DNA of 64,000 nucleotides, taken from NCBI RefSeq assembly GCF_009834535.1, contig NC_045697.1, forward strand, positions 93,250,001-93,314,000. Reading direction: 5' to 3'. The notes under the pieces were generated by a model that was given only the letters and a program-made list of their open reading frames with translations, ran no database searches and was not told the origin of the DNA. Origin of the DNA: Camelus ferus. Lineage: Eukaryota. Shown one piece after another: positions 52,294 to 64,000 of this stretch (positions within the stretch are counted from its first letter, which is position 1; each line of letters opens with the position of its first letter). Made by a program: the position numbers and the translations under genes.

Positions 52294-53049
52294 TTTTTAG
52301 AATACTTTCAGCCATAATTTCTATATTCAAAATTTACATTCAAATTATAGGCGGAAGAATATATTCTTCAGGACAAAAGCATTTCTGTTCTCATGTGCTC
52401 TTAGGTCATCCATTATATCAATCATTTATCTTCATTAAGTGTTAGGCCATGAATGATAACTTACTACATCAAAACACAGCAAATGCTCATGAAAGAAACA
52501 GATATGGTTCTTCTGTTCTTGAGTGCATTTCCACCAGATTCCCTTAGGATAATTCCCTTTTCAACTTAAGCTATTACTTTTTTTTTTTTTTTGCTGAATT
52601 CAAATCACCTCAACGTGCTGGAACATGTGGAGACAAATATCCACAGATGTTTGCCTGAAGGATCAGGCATATTTAAAGGCAACTTAATTATAAGACACTA
52701 TGAAGTTCTCCCAATTAATTTGGAGCTAAATATTCTACATCGGCTTAGTCGTTCAGAAAACTTAAAGAAATATTTATTTTCATATAATTATGGATTTGGT
52801 CATAGGTTAAAACTGATGTATGTTGTCATTTTGAAACTAAATTACACCAAATTTGTTTTGACAGTGTTTACTATAACATTAAAAAACACATTTCTGCTAA
52901 TATCTACTATTTTGTCATCTATTTATTCCATGTTGCATTTGCATATACTCCCAAGACACACAGTTTATTTTCTTGGTTCTTTGCCTTTGTGAATAACACA
53001 GACTCTGTCTGGATCACTTTTCTATTATCATTTTAAATTATATTACTTT

Positions 53050-54288
53050 TGATCAATTTTTTTCTCTTTTCCTGCACAAGATATTCTAAGATTCACCAGC
53101 TTTTCAAATAATTCCACCCTACACTTGAACCTCCTATTCTTAGCAGGAGGAATTTGTCTTCTATTTTCCAGAATAACTTTAATTTCCTCATTTTGTAGTT
53201 GCCAACTTTAATTTGTATCAGTCCCTAGCTTTTTCCTTTCCATCTCTTAGGAAAAGATAACACAGGAATACCTTGACTTCCATACTCATAAATCCTGATG
53301 CAATCTCCTGATACTGCCACTAGGATTTTGTTCCATTACTTTATGTTTATATTTCTATAACATAATGTTTATTATATATGAACATGTTTATTCATTTACA
53401 TTATATTGTCCTCTATTATATCTTTTAATTTTACTTCTCTTCCTTGAGCACATGGGCAAATTTAAACTAAAATCTTTCTCATGAACAGAGGCAGGTTTTC
53501 AAGCCAGAGACAGGCAAACTACAGCCAATGGGCCAAATCCTGGTTGCCACCTGCTTTAGTAAATAAAATTTTACTGGAACACAGCAACTCTCATTTGTTT
53601 ACATATTGCTTCAGGCAGTTTAAGCACTATAAAAGTCAGAGCTAAGTAGTTACAACACTGACAGCATGGCCCACAAACCTAAACTATATACTATCTTGCT
53701 CTTTACAGAAAATATTTATCGGACCTTGTCCTCCGGTCATAAGCTAATGAAGTTCAAGTTTCAGGATACCTCATTTGTTTTAATGCTTTTCAATTTTGAA
53801 TTTGTGGTTTTGTATTCTTTCTTAAAGAGCCCTTGCTCTCCAAACTGAATATGCCAGAGACCCCGCAAAAGATGAATCCATTCTAGCTCATGCATATAAT
53901 TCCCTCCAGTTATTATTTCTTGCCATCATACTGGTTCCTTGGAGAATTAAGCTTCTCCAAAGAATCTTAAATATTTACGCTCTTTTATGAAGAATTATTT
54001 ATTCCTCTAGCCACTTAGAACTCTTATCTGGGTCCTGCATTCTATCATGGTTACTGATGGGTATTCTTAATTTACTTTTTAACATGACTTGTTATAGCTC
54101 ACTTTATGAAATTTTGTCATTCTTTTAATTCTACAACACTTTTATCTCCAATTCTCCTCATACATTTATAAGTCATATGGGGACGAGGTTTCTCACCTAC
54201 TCTTAGTCTTTTAAGTGTTGAAACCTTTCAAAGTTTCTGAACTCATTCCTTTACATGAGCATGATTTCTTGAGATAATAGAAAATGAC
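53050..54288 (+). mobile_element. Diverged L2, left part (continues at about 59333-59780)
   Basis: Pyrimidine-rich L2-like blocks; junction ..AATGAC | TCTTGAATCTACACC resembles the L2 consensus ATGACTCCCAAATCTATATC. Confidence 0.55.
53505..53728. mobile_element. MER58A (hAT-Charlie)
   Basis: GGCAAACTACAGCCAATGGGCCAAATCC..GTAAATAAAATTTTACTGGAACACAGC..TGGCCCACAAACCTAAA..CTTTACAGAAAA. Confidence 0.9.
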
Positions 54289-57200
54289 TGTAATGTGAAG
54301 TCAGACTTGCACATATCTGTAATCTTACAGAGTATCAAGCTTTACTAGTCAATTTCAATAATTCAGGCGACCACTAGTCACTGGCAAAGTAGTGTTCAGA
54401 CATCTTAGTCAGGTCATTGATTTTTTCACCAGATACTCCTTTGCCCAGGCAGATAGATGGGATTTCTAGGGAAACGTGTCAACACTTCACTTACATAGAA
54501 TGATCTTTCTACACATAAAATATGCTCATTTTTATACTCAGAGAATGACATAACTTACGTGACATTTTCCAGGGAGTCACGTCCCATAAACATATGGATC
54601 CTTGCTCTACTAACCAAAGCAATCCTAAACAACTTGGCACATTCTGCTAAAAGCATTTCATAGGCAGTCATCCTCCTGCTAGTAAAAAAAAAAAAATCAA
54701 ATAGCGGGATCTCTGGGATCTCCCTTGTTAGTATGTTTACACAATCTTACTGGGTCACATGCTTTATTGGTGTGCTGAGAGGGCCTCTCCTCGATAACAG
54801 GAGAGAATCACAGACTAGCTGTTAGAACCTTAACTTCCTCATCCATCCTCTGACCTTGTCAACATCTCAGTGCCAAACATTTGTGGTACATTTCCACTAT
54901 TTATCTTACAACATTTTCTGCGTGTTTCACTTAAGCAGACTAACACTGACTTTGATTTGAACCATTCAACAGAGAGCAGGAATTCCTCCTACAAAGTACA
55001 TCATTTGTTAACATCTCCCTTTATAGGTCTTATGACTTTCATTTACCAACTGAATTATTTTTTTTCTCCAACAGCTTTAACTATTTGCATTATTTTCTAC
55101 ATGTCTATGGGATTATTTAAATGAATATTTAATTTTTCTCAAATCATTTTTTTCTGAAAAAAAAATTCAGTTTCTACTGATTACACTTTAATTGGGGTGG
55201 GAGTCTTCATATCAGCTTCCATGACATTTTCTCATTCAGGGATCATCCTCTACGTAAATCTAGTCTGCATTTAATTCTGTCAGTGAAATTATAACCCTTA
55301 TTTAGCTGTGACAAATGTCTGACACACCTTATATAAGTGAAAATGATATTCTTTTCAGGCAAAAATGCCTTTTTTTCTTATACATCATATATTCCCAGTG
55401 ACTGGCGTGGTGATTACAAGTTTATGTTCAAAAAAATCTTAAAAAGCCCATGTTCAGTAAACTCTGTATTTTATGATTCATGGATATAACCCTATCCTAG
55501 ATATATTCCAGGTCTTTACAGACACTGTTTTTCACAAAGCTTTATGTAATAGAGCCCATTTAATTCCCATTCACAGCCTATGGATAAAAACCTTACTTTA
55601 TCCATTCAGTTCTAACCAGCTCCATAACATGGGAGACAAATTCTTTTTTTTATCCATATGACATGGGCTGTTAGAGAATAATGCTAAAGATCACAATGTT
55701 TAGTGATATCAAGCCACAACTTACACTAAATATACTTTTCTCATAATTTTACTTGTTTAGCTTGGCTCACTAGGAATTCCTGCCACTGAAATTTAAGAAC
55801 ACAATATTCCATAGTAATTAAAATATCCAATAGTCCTTTGTGGGTCAAGGTTCAAGTGTACTTGCAGCGCTGTTACTGATTATGGAAGAGTCACTATGCA
55901 TTTGGAACATTCAATCAGAGCTTTGTCTTCCTTCTTACCAGGCTAATTTCCAGCAGCAGCTAGTCTTCTAAAAACAAGCTCTCTCTAAGTGTCCCTATTT
56001 GAGGTGTTAAGTCTTTTGCTTCATAATGATGGGTGTCCTGGAATAATATTGCAAGATTCAATATTCCCATGACGAACTCCTACAATCCTTGCAAAGTGCC
56101 TGGCACAGGGAGCCTAGTGTTAATGAATCTGCCACACATGTTGATGGCATTACACATTGATTTAATGTGCAGTTCTACCTGCACTCCAACATATTGTACT
56201 TCATGAGACTCTCAGTTACGTACATCCTACCATCAAAGATAATATGGTTGTGCCAGAAGGCTTCCCATAAATGACCACTGTGTACCTCTGGAGGGGAGTT
56301 ATTTGTCATTTTGGAACAACAAATCAAACACAAATCCACATTCTCCGAGGCTTTCTGGGTTCCATTTCTGCATTCTTTATATTAATTCCATCCACATTCA
56401 CACTGATATGTTTGAAGGAATAGATGAGATCAAGCTGTGACATACCAAGCAGGTGGCCACTATCTGCTTTCCATCACACCCAGGGAGCTGTCTTAGCAAT
56501 GTATCATCTTGATTTATGGCCACATGGGGTACAGAAACGATACACAGCCTCCTCTGGTTTGCACAATTCACTGGTAATATTTTTCTTAAAAAAATCTTAG
56601 AATGGTAAACAAAGCCTAGGAATTGAATAATAACTGTAGTCAATTACCCGTAAGCTGAGTCATCAGAGGGCACTTTGTCACTTATTTTATCCAAATTGTA
56701 CATGTAGAACATTCAAATCAGTAGGAGTCCAATTTCCCTCTTCTGCAGAAAATAGGCCATGAGATTTCTACCAACATTGGTCATTTGTTTGGATAAGAAT
56801 GGCAAAAGATAAGTTAAATATTACACCCTTGCTCTGAGCTGCTCTTATGGAAATATTGTGATGGCTTCTCTCTGTGGTGATGTAATCTCCTTCTAAACAT
56901 CTTTCCCATCTACTACAAGTTCATTCTATTTCCACACACCTCCTTCCAACATCAGGACTTTGCAACTCATCACACATAATGTTTACACACACAGACATAA
57001 CAAGAGCTTTGCTAGCACACCCAAACAAATGTTTTAGGGTTTGACAAAGTACTCAGGGATGTCTCCTCTGCTTGGTAATGGAGCTGCATCCCCCCTAATT
57101 TGGCTAAAAGGGAGAAAGTTAAAACCTACCATAAATTACCTTGTAGAATAGCACTGTCAAATTCAATGTTATGGATATCATGTCCTGGGGACTCATATAA

Positions 57201-59332
57201 CCTTACTTTCGTACACAAAAACTTAATTTGGGATTTAGAACCATCATTAGAGACAAAAGAAAAGACAGTTTCATAGGTGGGAAAGATATAAAATTATGCT
57301 ATTACATTTTTTCCTCATTACCACCTGAAGACTCTAGAAAACTTCTCAGTAGATTGTGTGAGTTACTTCCCATATTAATCTCAGGGCACAATGATTTAAC
57401 TAAATCAACCCTCAATAATTTTTGGACAAGAGGCCTATGTTTCCATTTTTCAATGAATCACATAAATTACGTAGCTTGCCCTGCCTGTCTGCACTGGATG
57501 CTTCATCCAATGTAACAGATGTGCCTTTCAAGTGGATAATAATACACAGGTACCATAGGTATATTTTGGGTCAAAATCCTGAGAGGTTTGAACTGATGGC
57601 CCCATTTAATTTTCTCAAAAGGGCTCTAGCCTGAGTATGTTCTAATATCTGACAGATTGGATTGGATCACAAGGGCCCAATGCTTTTGCCTACTATAAAA
57701 CTTTTAATGCTGGTTAAAATTCAGCACAGTAGTGAGATAAAGAGTATGCCACCTGAATTTATGCCTGCTTGGAACCTTAGAATGTGAACTTATCTGGAAA
57801 TAGTTTTTGCAGCTATGGTTAGTTAAGATGAGCTAAGTTTTCCACAAGGATACATAAGGCTCCTAAGGCAGAGGGGTGTCACCTGGCCCCCACTCACTGT
57901 ACTGTCTATGTCAATAGTACTAACTAAGGTGTTATCACTAGATAATACAAAGTCTGTCTAAGGTTACTTACACTTGTCACATTCTTCTCATATGAAAGGA
58001 GTATACCATGGGTGACTTGGGGAGGGGCTGGGGCAGTCACCACCTCACCATAGTCTAAATCCTGCCTGAGCCCCAGCAGCAGATGGGCTATTAATAGTAT
58101 CTGGAAGTGACTTTTCAAAAGTTTGCAGCCACTTAATGACTTGTCATTAATCCGAACAGTCCCTTCCATTTGAAATAACAGAATTGTAACAGGTTCTTCC
58201 ATCATTAATTTGAAGAATCCATGCCATTAATGATATGCCAATCTTCTGTTGGTAAATGTACATTTCTTTAATAAAATACTCTTAATATTTAGTCATCACC
58301 TTACCTTGGCCTCCTGTTTCACAAATAGTTTTTCAAGTAATCAATGACTTGAGTCATTTCCAAGGGGATATGAGACTTTTCCAAGAAGTCAGAAAGACAC
58401 AAGAAGGCCTTCAAGTGAAGAAAAGTCTAATCTTACATATTTCCCCAAAATAGTATCCCTTCTACTACTAAAGGCTGGACTTTTACAGATGTGCTAGCAA
58501 AAACCACTAATAAAATTTTCCAGCTTCCCTTTGTCGTTGTACTCTGTTCCTGTGCTCCCAGATCTGCCTGTTTCCTCTATTTCCTTTCAGTGGTAAGACT
58601 TATCCCCTTAATATGCTTCAAAGCTCTCACCATGTCACACTACCGAATAGAAAAACCATTTTGGAATCAAAGTCTCATATTCTTCTGTTAGTTCCTTTCA
58701 CACAGGAAAAAAAACTCCTTGAGCATTACTATTTGTGAGTCTTAAAAAGAATCCCGTCCACAAAATCGATCTGAAGTCACACAAACTATTTAATTGTTAA
58801 ATCAGACTCACAAATCAGAGATCTTTTTCAGTATGAGCTTTACTAATAATTTCAAGGATACAACGATGAGGCCTTGATGAAATAGGGAAAGGTTTGGAGC
58901 CCAGTGTAGAAGCCCAAGTTCTCTTTGGTCATTGATTGTGCTCTGCCCCAAGTCCCTAGATTTAGTTTCTAAATAAAATGTTCAATTACTTACATAGATA
59001 GACTTTTCTTAATCACAAAACATCTCCTTTTTTACTTAGCTCATGGCATAGCTAACATGATATTTTCCTGGGAATCGTGATGTCAAATGTATGAATTTCT
59101 GGTTTATCATAAGCAATTCTGGATAACCCTGCACAATCTGCTAAAAGCATTTTATAGATAAGGATGCTCCTGATACCAAAAACTATTCAGTTGATTTTCC
59201 AGAATCCCTGAGTTAGTACATTTACAAAAAGATTAGACCAGAACACCTGCCTTTTCTGTTTCCCAGGAGCTTCTTCCCACACTTGTCCCATCAGGGAAGA
59301 GAACTGATCTAGTGGTACCATCCCTTCTCTTA
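54289..59332 (-). mobile_element. Ancient class III (ERVL-like) provirus, internally deleted; LTRs about 54289-54841 and 58790-59332
   Basis: Two colinear direct repeats about 4.5 kb apart; minus-strand pol remnants FKWKG, INSP, LRQDLD (RT), ALGPCDP, YYPLERH, VWK*NELVVDGKDV* (RNase H region), SGH and WQI (integrase). Confidence 0.8.
57733..57835 (+). mobile_element. MLT1 LTR 5' fragment inserted in proviral pol
   Basis: GGAACCTTAGAATGTGAACTTATCTGGAAATAG..TTTGCAG..TTAGTTAAGATGAG. Confidence 0.75.
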
Positions 59333-60348
59333 TTACTCTTGAATCTACACCTTCTGCACAGTACTTATATGCTTCTTTCACAGAAGCCACGTTGTTAAAG
59401 TTGAATATTTTATTTTGACTCATTTTTCTCATACGTTGAAAACTGTATCATTCTATATTGACTAGAAATTATATATTCCTTATCTAACATGAGATGTAAT
59501 GAAGCTAAAAACCTAGTGGATTACATCCAATAAAGTTGTCCTCAATCCCTGCCCTCATTTATATTCCTATTGTCAGTGCTACAGTTAAGACTTTGATGAA
59601 TGCACACTTGGATGCATTAAAAAACCAGCTTCCTTCTCTTTTAATTTAACATCTTCTAATCTTTTCTTCACTGTAGTGCAATTCTGATGAATCTAAAATA
59701 ATAATTTGATTATTGAGCTCAGGTTCAACATCATTTACTCTCTGCTCATTTCATAAAAACAAAATGAATTCACAGTTGCTATTTCTTCTCCAAGATGCAT
59801 AAAATGATCACCTTTATAAAAGATTATTTGCTGTTTCTTAAATATGCTTCATTATTTGATACATTCAGCTCTTCAAATATTTTGATCTGTCTTTGGTCAT
59901 TAAATAAATTTTTATCTACCAACCATGACTCACTTAGCCAAACTAAAGCCCTGGTTTCATGCATGTCACCACTAATTCGGTAATTGCTTTCAGGCACCTG
60001 AATGTAGTTAGAGAAAAACATACAACTGAATCATGCTGATTTTTATCTCTTTAAAACTATGAGCTTGAACGTCAAATGTGCCCTTAATGCTGTCAAATAA
60101 GCCCATTATTCGTCCATAAGCCATCACTTTCTCTCTTTCATATAAGATTAGTTTTATAGATTATTTTCTCATTTCAAATCTTTCATGCCTTTTCCCCAAT
60201 TTCACTGCTGGCTGATGATCTTGTTTCTTATGTCACTGAAAAAACTTAGAGCAATTGGGAGGAAAAGTACACAGGCTCCGAATGCCACTTGAATACTTAA
60301 TACGGTATCTTAGCTTTCATACTACACATTTTGCATATTACCATAGAG

Positions 60349-60578
60349 CAGTGTTTCTCAACCTTGTTTCTACTGACCTTATTGAGCCAGATAATGCATT
60401 GCTGGTTGCAGCTAGTAGGACAGTGGGACCTTTCCTGTGCATTGTAGGAAATGATTCAGCATCTCTGTCCTCTGTTTCAAGTCAGTAGCTCCTTCTCCCC
60501 CATTTACCAATTGTGACAACAAAAATGCCTTCAGACATTGTCAATTTTTGCAAAATTCCCCCCTCTTGAGAACAATTA
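60349..60578. mobile_element. MER20 (hAT-Charlie)
   Basis: CAGTGTTTCTCAACC..CCTGTGCATTGTAGG..TTGTGACAACAAAAATG..CAGACATTG..TTGAGAAC; degenerate 8-bp TSD CCATAGAG/CCAGAAAG. Confidence 0.88.
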
Positions 60579-61354
60579 CCAGAAAGGAAATATCCATGCC
60601 AACCTCTGAAGCCAACCACTTTGCTTATTCATTAACTCCTCCTGGTTACAACAGATCCCTTTCAAGCAATACCTCTCTCTCTTTCTCTTACATCATCTAT
60701 ATTCTCTCCTTACTGGGTTGTTTCATAATCATACATATATGCTATTATTTCTCCTATTTTAAAAAACAAAAGCAAATAGTCAACTAAAAGCCTCTGCATA
60801 TCAAGTTTTCCTTGCCAGATACCACCAGGGAACTTAATCCCTTTCTCATCAAAACTCCTCAAAATAATCATTTATACTCATTGTCTCCAAAGCTGCTTAT
60901 TTCATTCTTTCTTAAATCTCCTCCATACAAGTTTTTTTGCCGCAGTATAATAATTAAACTTCTCCTCTGCTGTTAACGGTTCTTTCTTTCTTTTTCTCAC
61001 CTTACTTGATCTGTTAGCAGCGTTCGATAGAGTTTATCACTACCTCCTCCATTTAGATTCTGGTTTTCCTATTATTTCTCTAGTTTTTTGTTTGTTTTTT
61101 TAAACTCTCTCTGTCTCTTTTACTGGTTTCTCCTCTTTTCCTAGACTTTTTAATACTGGAATGCCCTAGGTCTCAGGACTTGATTCTCCCCCTCCCCTCA
61201 TCTTTCTTTGCACTTGCTTCCTTACACATTCCATCTCATGGCTTTATGTTCAATCTGAGTGGAACTGACAAATTTATATTTCCATGCTGTAATCTCTACC
61301 CCAAATTCCACACTCATAAATTCAATTGTATTTTTTACACTTCCACTTGAATGT

Positions 61355-61868
61355 TGTGATTATAATCGGTCTATTTTTTCGGAAATCTATTCCTCACTCT
61401 CCCCTGCTCAGTTCATAACACAGAGGACCTGATTACTGTAAGTTATGTATCTCAGGATTTCCTGAAAGCTGGCTTCCGTGTGGGATCAAACCACGGGAGA
61501 CACATGTGGAAAGATGAAAAATAGGAGAAAAGGGGGGATATAAGTATTCTCCCAATTCCTCTGGGTCTTGGTGTCGCCTCTCATAAGCGCTGCATGTCTT
61601 CCATGGCTCCAGCTCCTTCTGCACAGGTCCACTGTGGTTCTAGTTTCCACCAGCAACCCCTCTCCTCAGCCCTACTAATGCAATCTCTTTATCGGTCACT
61701 TCATGTAAAAGTGGTAGCACCTTCCTGCTTTTGCTAATTCTGAGTTGTCTTACTATCTCTTGATTGGCTCTTTTAAAGCTGTTTTTACCATCAATTACCT
61801 GCACTAAGTCCCTTTGTTTTAAATTCTCAATGATTTTTATTTTCTTGGTTTGGCTCTCACTACTTCAG
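61355..61868 (+). mobile_element. LTR33-like ERVL solo LTR
   Basis: CTGGCTTCCGTGTGGGATCAAACCACGGGAGACAC..CTTCCATGGCTCCAGCTCC..CTTCCTGCTTTTGCTAATTCTGAGTTG; splits L2. Confidence 0.7.
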
Positions 61869-63342
61869 GTATCTAACAGACATGTCATAATAAATATGCC
61901 TCAACATAAATGGATGATTTTCACTTCGTTGGCTCTGCCAAACCTGTTCATGCTTCTCCATCAAATCTAGCAACTTGCTATTAATCAAGATGGGCTATGG
62001 TAACAAATAACTCCTGTAATTTTTATGTTTGTCATGGGAATTTCTGAGAGGAACTCTTGAAAATGGCTTGTGCAACTTCCATCCACATTTAACTGGCTTG
62101 AACTTACTCACTGACCCTGAACATAACTGCATATGTCATTGTCATCACACATTATCATTACCTAAGCCAGATACCCAAGACGCAAGCTTGAACCTTTCAC
62201 TCTCCGTAACACACCACCTTCTTGGTCACCAATTTTGACTTAGCCTACCTAGCTTTGACTTCCGTCTTATTCTCACTTAGATCACGGCTAAAGACTTTTA
62301 TCTTGCCTCCTTACCTGCGGGGTCAAACTTCTCTGATCCATTTTTTAAATGTTGGCTAAATTATGTCTTGAAAACTGCAATATCATCATATCAATCCCCT
62401 GATTAAAAGTACCAGTGGCTTATATTGCCCCATACAAAAGCTCGAATTTCTTTAACTGTAAAGTTTTGCATGAACTAGTCTCCTATCTATTCTATGTCTT
62501 TATCTTCATCTCTCATTTATTACTGCAGCCCCTACCTCATGCAACATAAACTTACATAGTTCAGTTTCTGTTTACTCTCTTACAGGTAGAAGATACACTG
62601 TACATGTTTGCTATGATCTCTCAAAGTTCCTTGTATTTTAAATTTAGTAGTAACTGTCATGCTTTATTTTTTTGCTTATATTACTTTTGATCTATCTTCA
62701 TATCAAATACTGTGCTCTTTGAAGGCATACTTTGTTCAATGCTCAGGAAAAGAATAATACATAAAAATAAGTTAAATAAGTAATTTTGCTTTCAATTAAT
62801 TGATTATGTATCTATCAATTCAAGGTGCTTATGTTTTTCCTTTCCTGTGACATCTACACTAGATTCTCCATTTTTATTATATGATTTTTACATAATATAA
62901 TATGTATTTTCTACTTCTAATATAGTATTATTATTATACTAGATATTACATTTTTTATTTCTACAATAAGTCGTGGGTTCTATTTTATCCTTTCCACTGC
63001 ACTAGATTATAGAGGAGATTGAAAAGAGATAGGAAACATGTACTTGAAATCAATAATAAGCACAGTTTGAAGGTTTCAAAATCTAAAAATATCATGAGAT
63101 AACTTATGGAAAGAGAAATGAGTATTGCTGTAATTTTTTTTTCCATTTGGTAGATTAGTTGAGAAGGTACAATTTTCATTGAGCATGGACTTCATGTCAA
63201 TTTTTTTTTCCAAATCATGTTCTCACATATATAATATATACACATATATACACACACAGTAAATATGGCTCATTAAATACAATCATTATTTGAAGTTCTG
63301 TAGTAAATGAAATTAACATTCTCTTTTAAAGATATATTACTA

Positions 63343-63637
63343 TTTTGTAGATGAGAAACAGACTCACAGACATAGTAAATAATCTTATGGCTATGGGGGC
63401 AAAGAGGGTAGGAAGGGATAAATTTGTGAGTTTGAGATTTGCAAATGTTAACCGCTATATATAAAAACAGATTAAAAAATTCTTCTGTATAGCACAGGGA
63501 ATTATATTCAATATCTTATAATAACCTTTAATGAAAAAGAATATGAAAATAAATATATATATTATATGCATGACTGGGACATTGTGCCATATGCCAGAAA
63601 TTGACACATTGTAACTGACCATACTTCAATAAAAAAA
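63343..63637 (+). mobile_element. 5'-truncated camelid/artiodactyl L1 3' end
   Basis: GAAACAGACTCACAGACATAG..CTGTATAGCACAGGGAA..AAATTGACACATTGTAACTGAC..A-tail; TSD AAAGATATATTACTA (63328-63342) / AAAAATGTATTACTA (63633-63647) at a TTTT/AA site. Confidence 0.92.
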
Positions 63638-64000
63638 TGTATTACTAAATAACTGTATTTTCTGGAAATGCAGCCTTAATTATGTAGGTACATAATGGCA
63701 TGCTGGGATATTATTTTAAAATAATTTGGCAAAAATAGAAAAGAAATATATGAAGCAAGTTTAGAAAAACCATGGTAATTGTTGAATTTGAGTGATGTTG
63801 TATGTAGTTTATTGAATTATTTACTATGTGTCTGAAAATATGATAAAAAAACAAAAAAGGGAAATACATATCTCTTATTTTTAGGAGTTAGTACAGCGTC
63901 TACCTACAGTGTCTACTAGCACTATATCTGATCAGAACCAAAGACTTTCTGACCATGTGATCAAATAAGATTAAGTCTAAATTCTCATAGGGAGTTACTT

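Larger units (their letters stand above)
59900..62770 (+). mobile_element. Long L2 remnant interrupted by MER20 and an LTR33-like LTR
   Basis: TTGCTGATGATCTTG-like (GCTGATGATCTTGTTTCTTATGTCACTGA), CTTACTTGATCTGTTAGCAGCGTTCGA, GGAATGCCCTAGGTCTCAG, CCACTTGAATGT|..|ATCTAACAGACAT. Confidence 0.8.

Noticed and set aside
52591..52992. 133-aa plus-strand ORF
   Set aside because: Starts at TTG in a poly-T run, AT-driven composition, no recognisable family
56398..56643. IVATCLVC as the integrase zinc finger
   Set aside because: About 300 nt from the WQI motif; a better spaced SGH..ECxxxC lies at about 56280-56170, so the assignment is ambiguous and not used
59187..59432. ORF with MGQVWEE as ERVL gag remnant
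   Set aside because: It lies within the 5' LTR copy and L2 flank, so the similarity is coincidental

Overview
AT-rich, CpG-depleted mammalian genomic DNA, very probably from a camelid: it carries a tRNA-Ala-derived Vic-1-type SINE and artiodactyl-type L1 3' ends. I recognise no protein-coding gene, RNA gene or CRISPR array. The ORF track is mostly chance ORFs plus decayed transposon fragments (L1 ORF1/ORF2, Tigger transposase, retroviral pol). The window is a patchwork of L1, L2, MIR, MaLR/ERV solo LTRs, hAT and Tigger DNA transposons and microsatellites. The most notable structure is an ancient, internally deleted class III (ERVL-like) provirus on the minus strand (about 54289-59332). It has two diverged LTRs and remnant RT/RNase H/integrase motifs, and it splits an L2. 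Other points of interest are a nested perfect inverted-repeat/palindrome at 19914-19997, a young ERV1-type solo LTR nested in a MaLR, a roughly 70-bp L1 stub inside an LTR, and a plus-strand bias of LTRs and L1s. That bias hints at a minus-strand host transcript, for which there are weak candidate exons. Repeat family names come from recalled consensus similarity, not a database search. Boundaries without TSDs are approximate. I found no convincing novel biological system.
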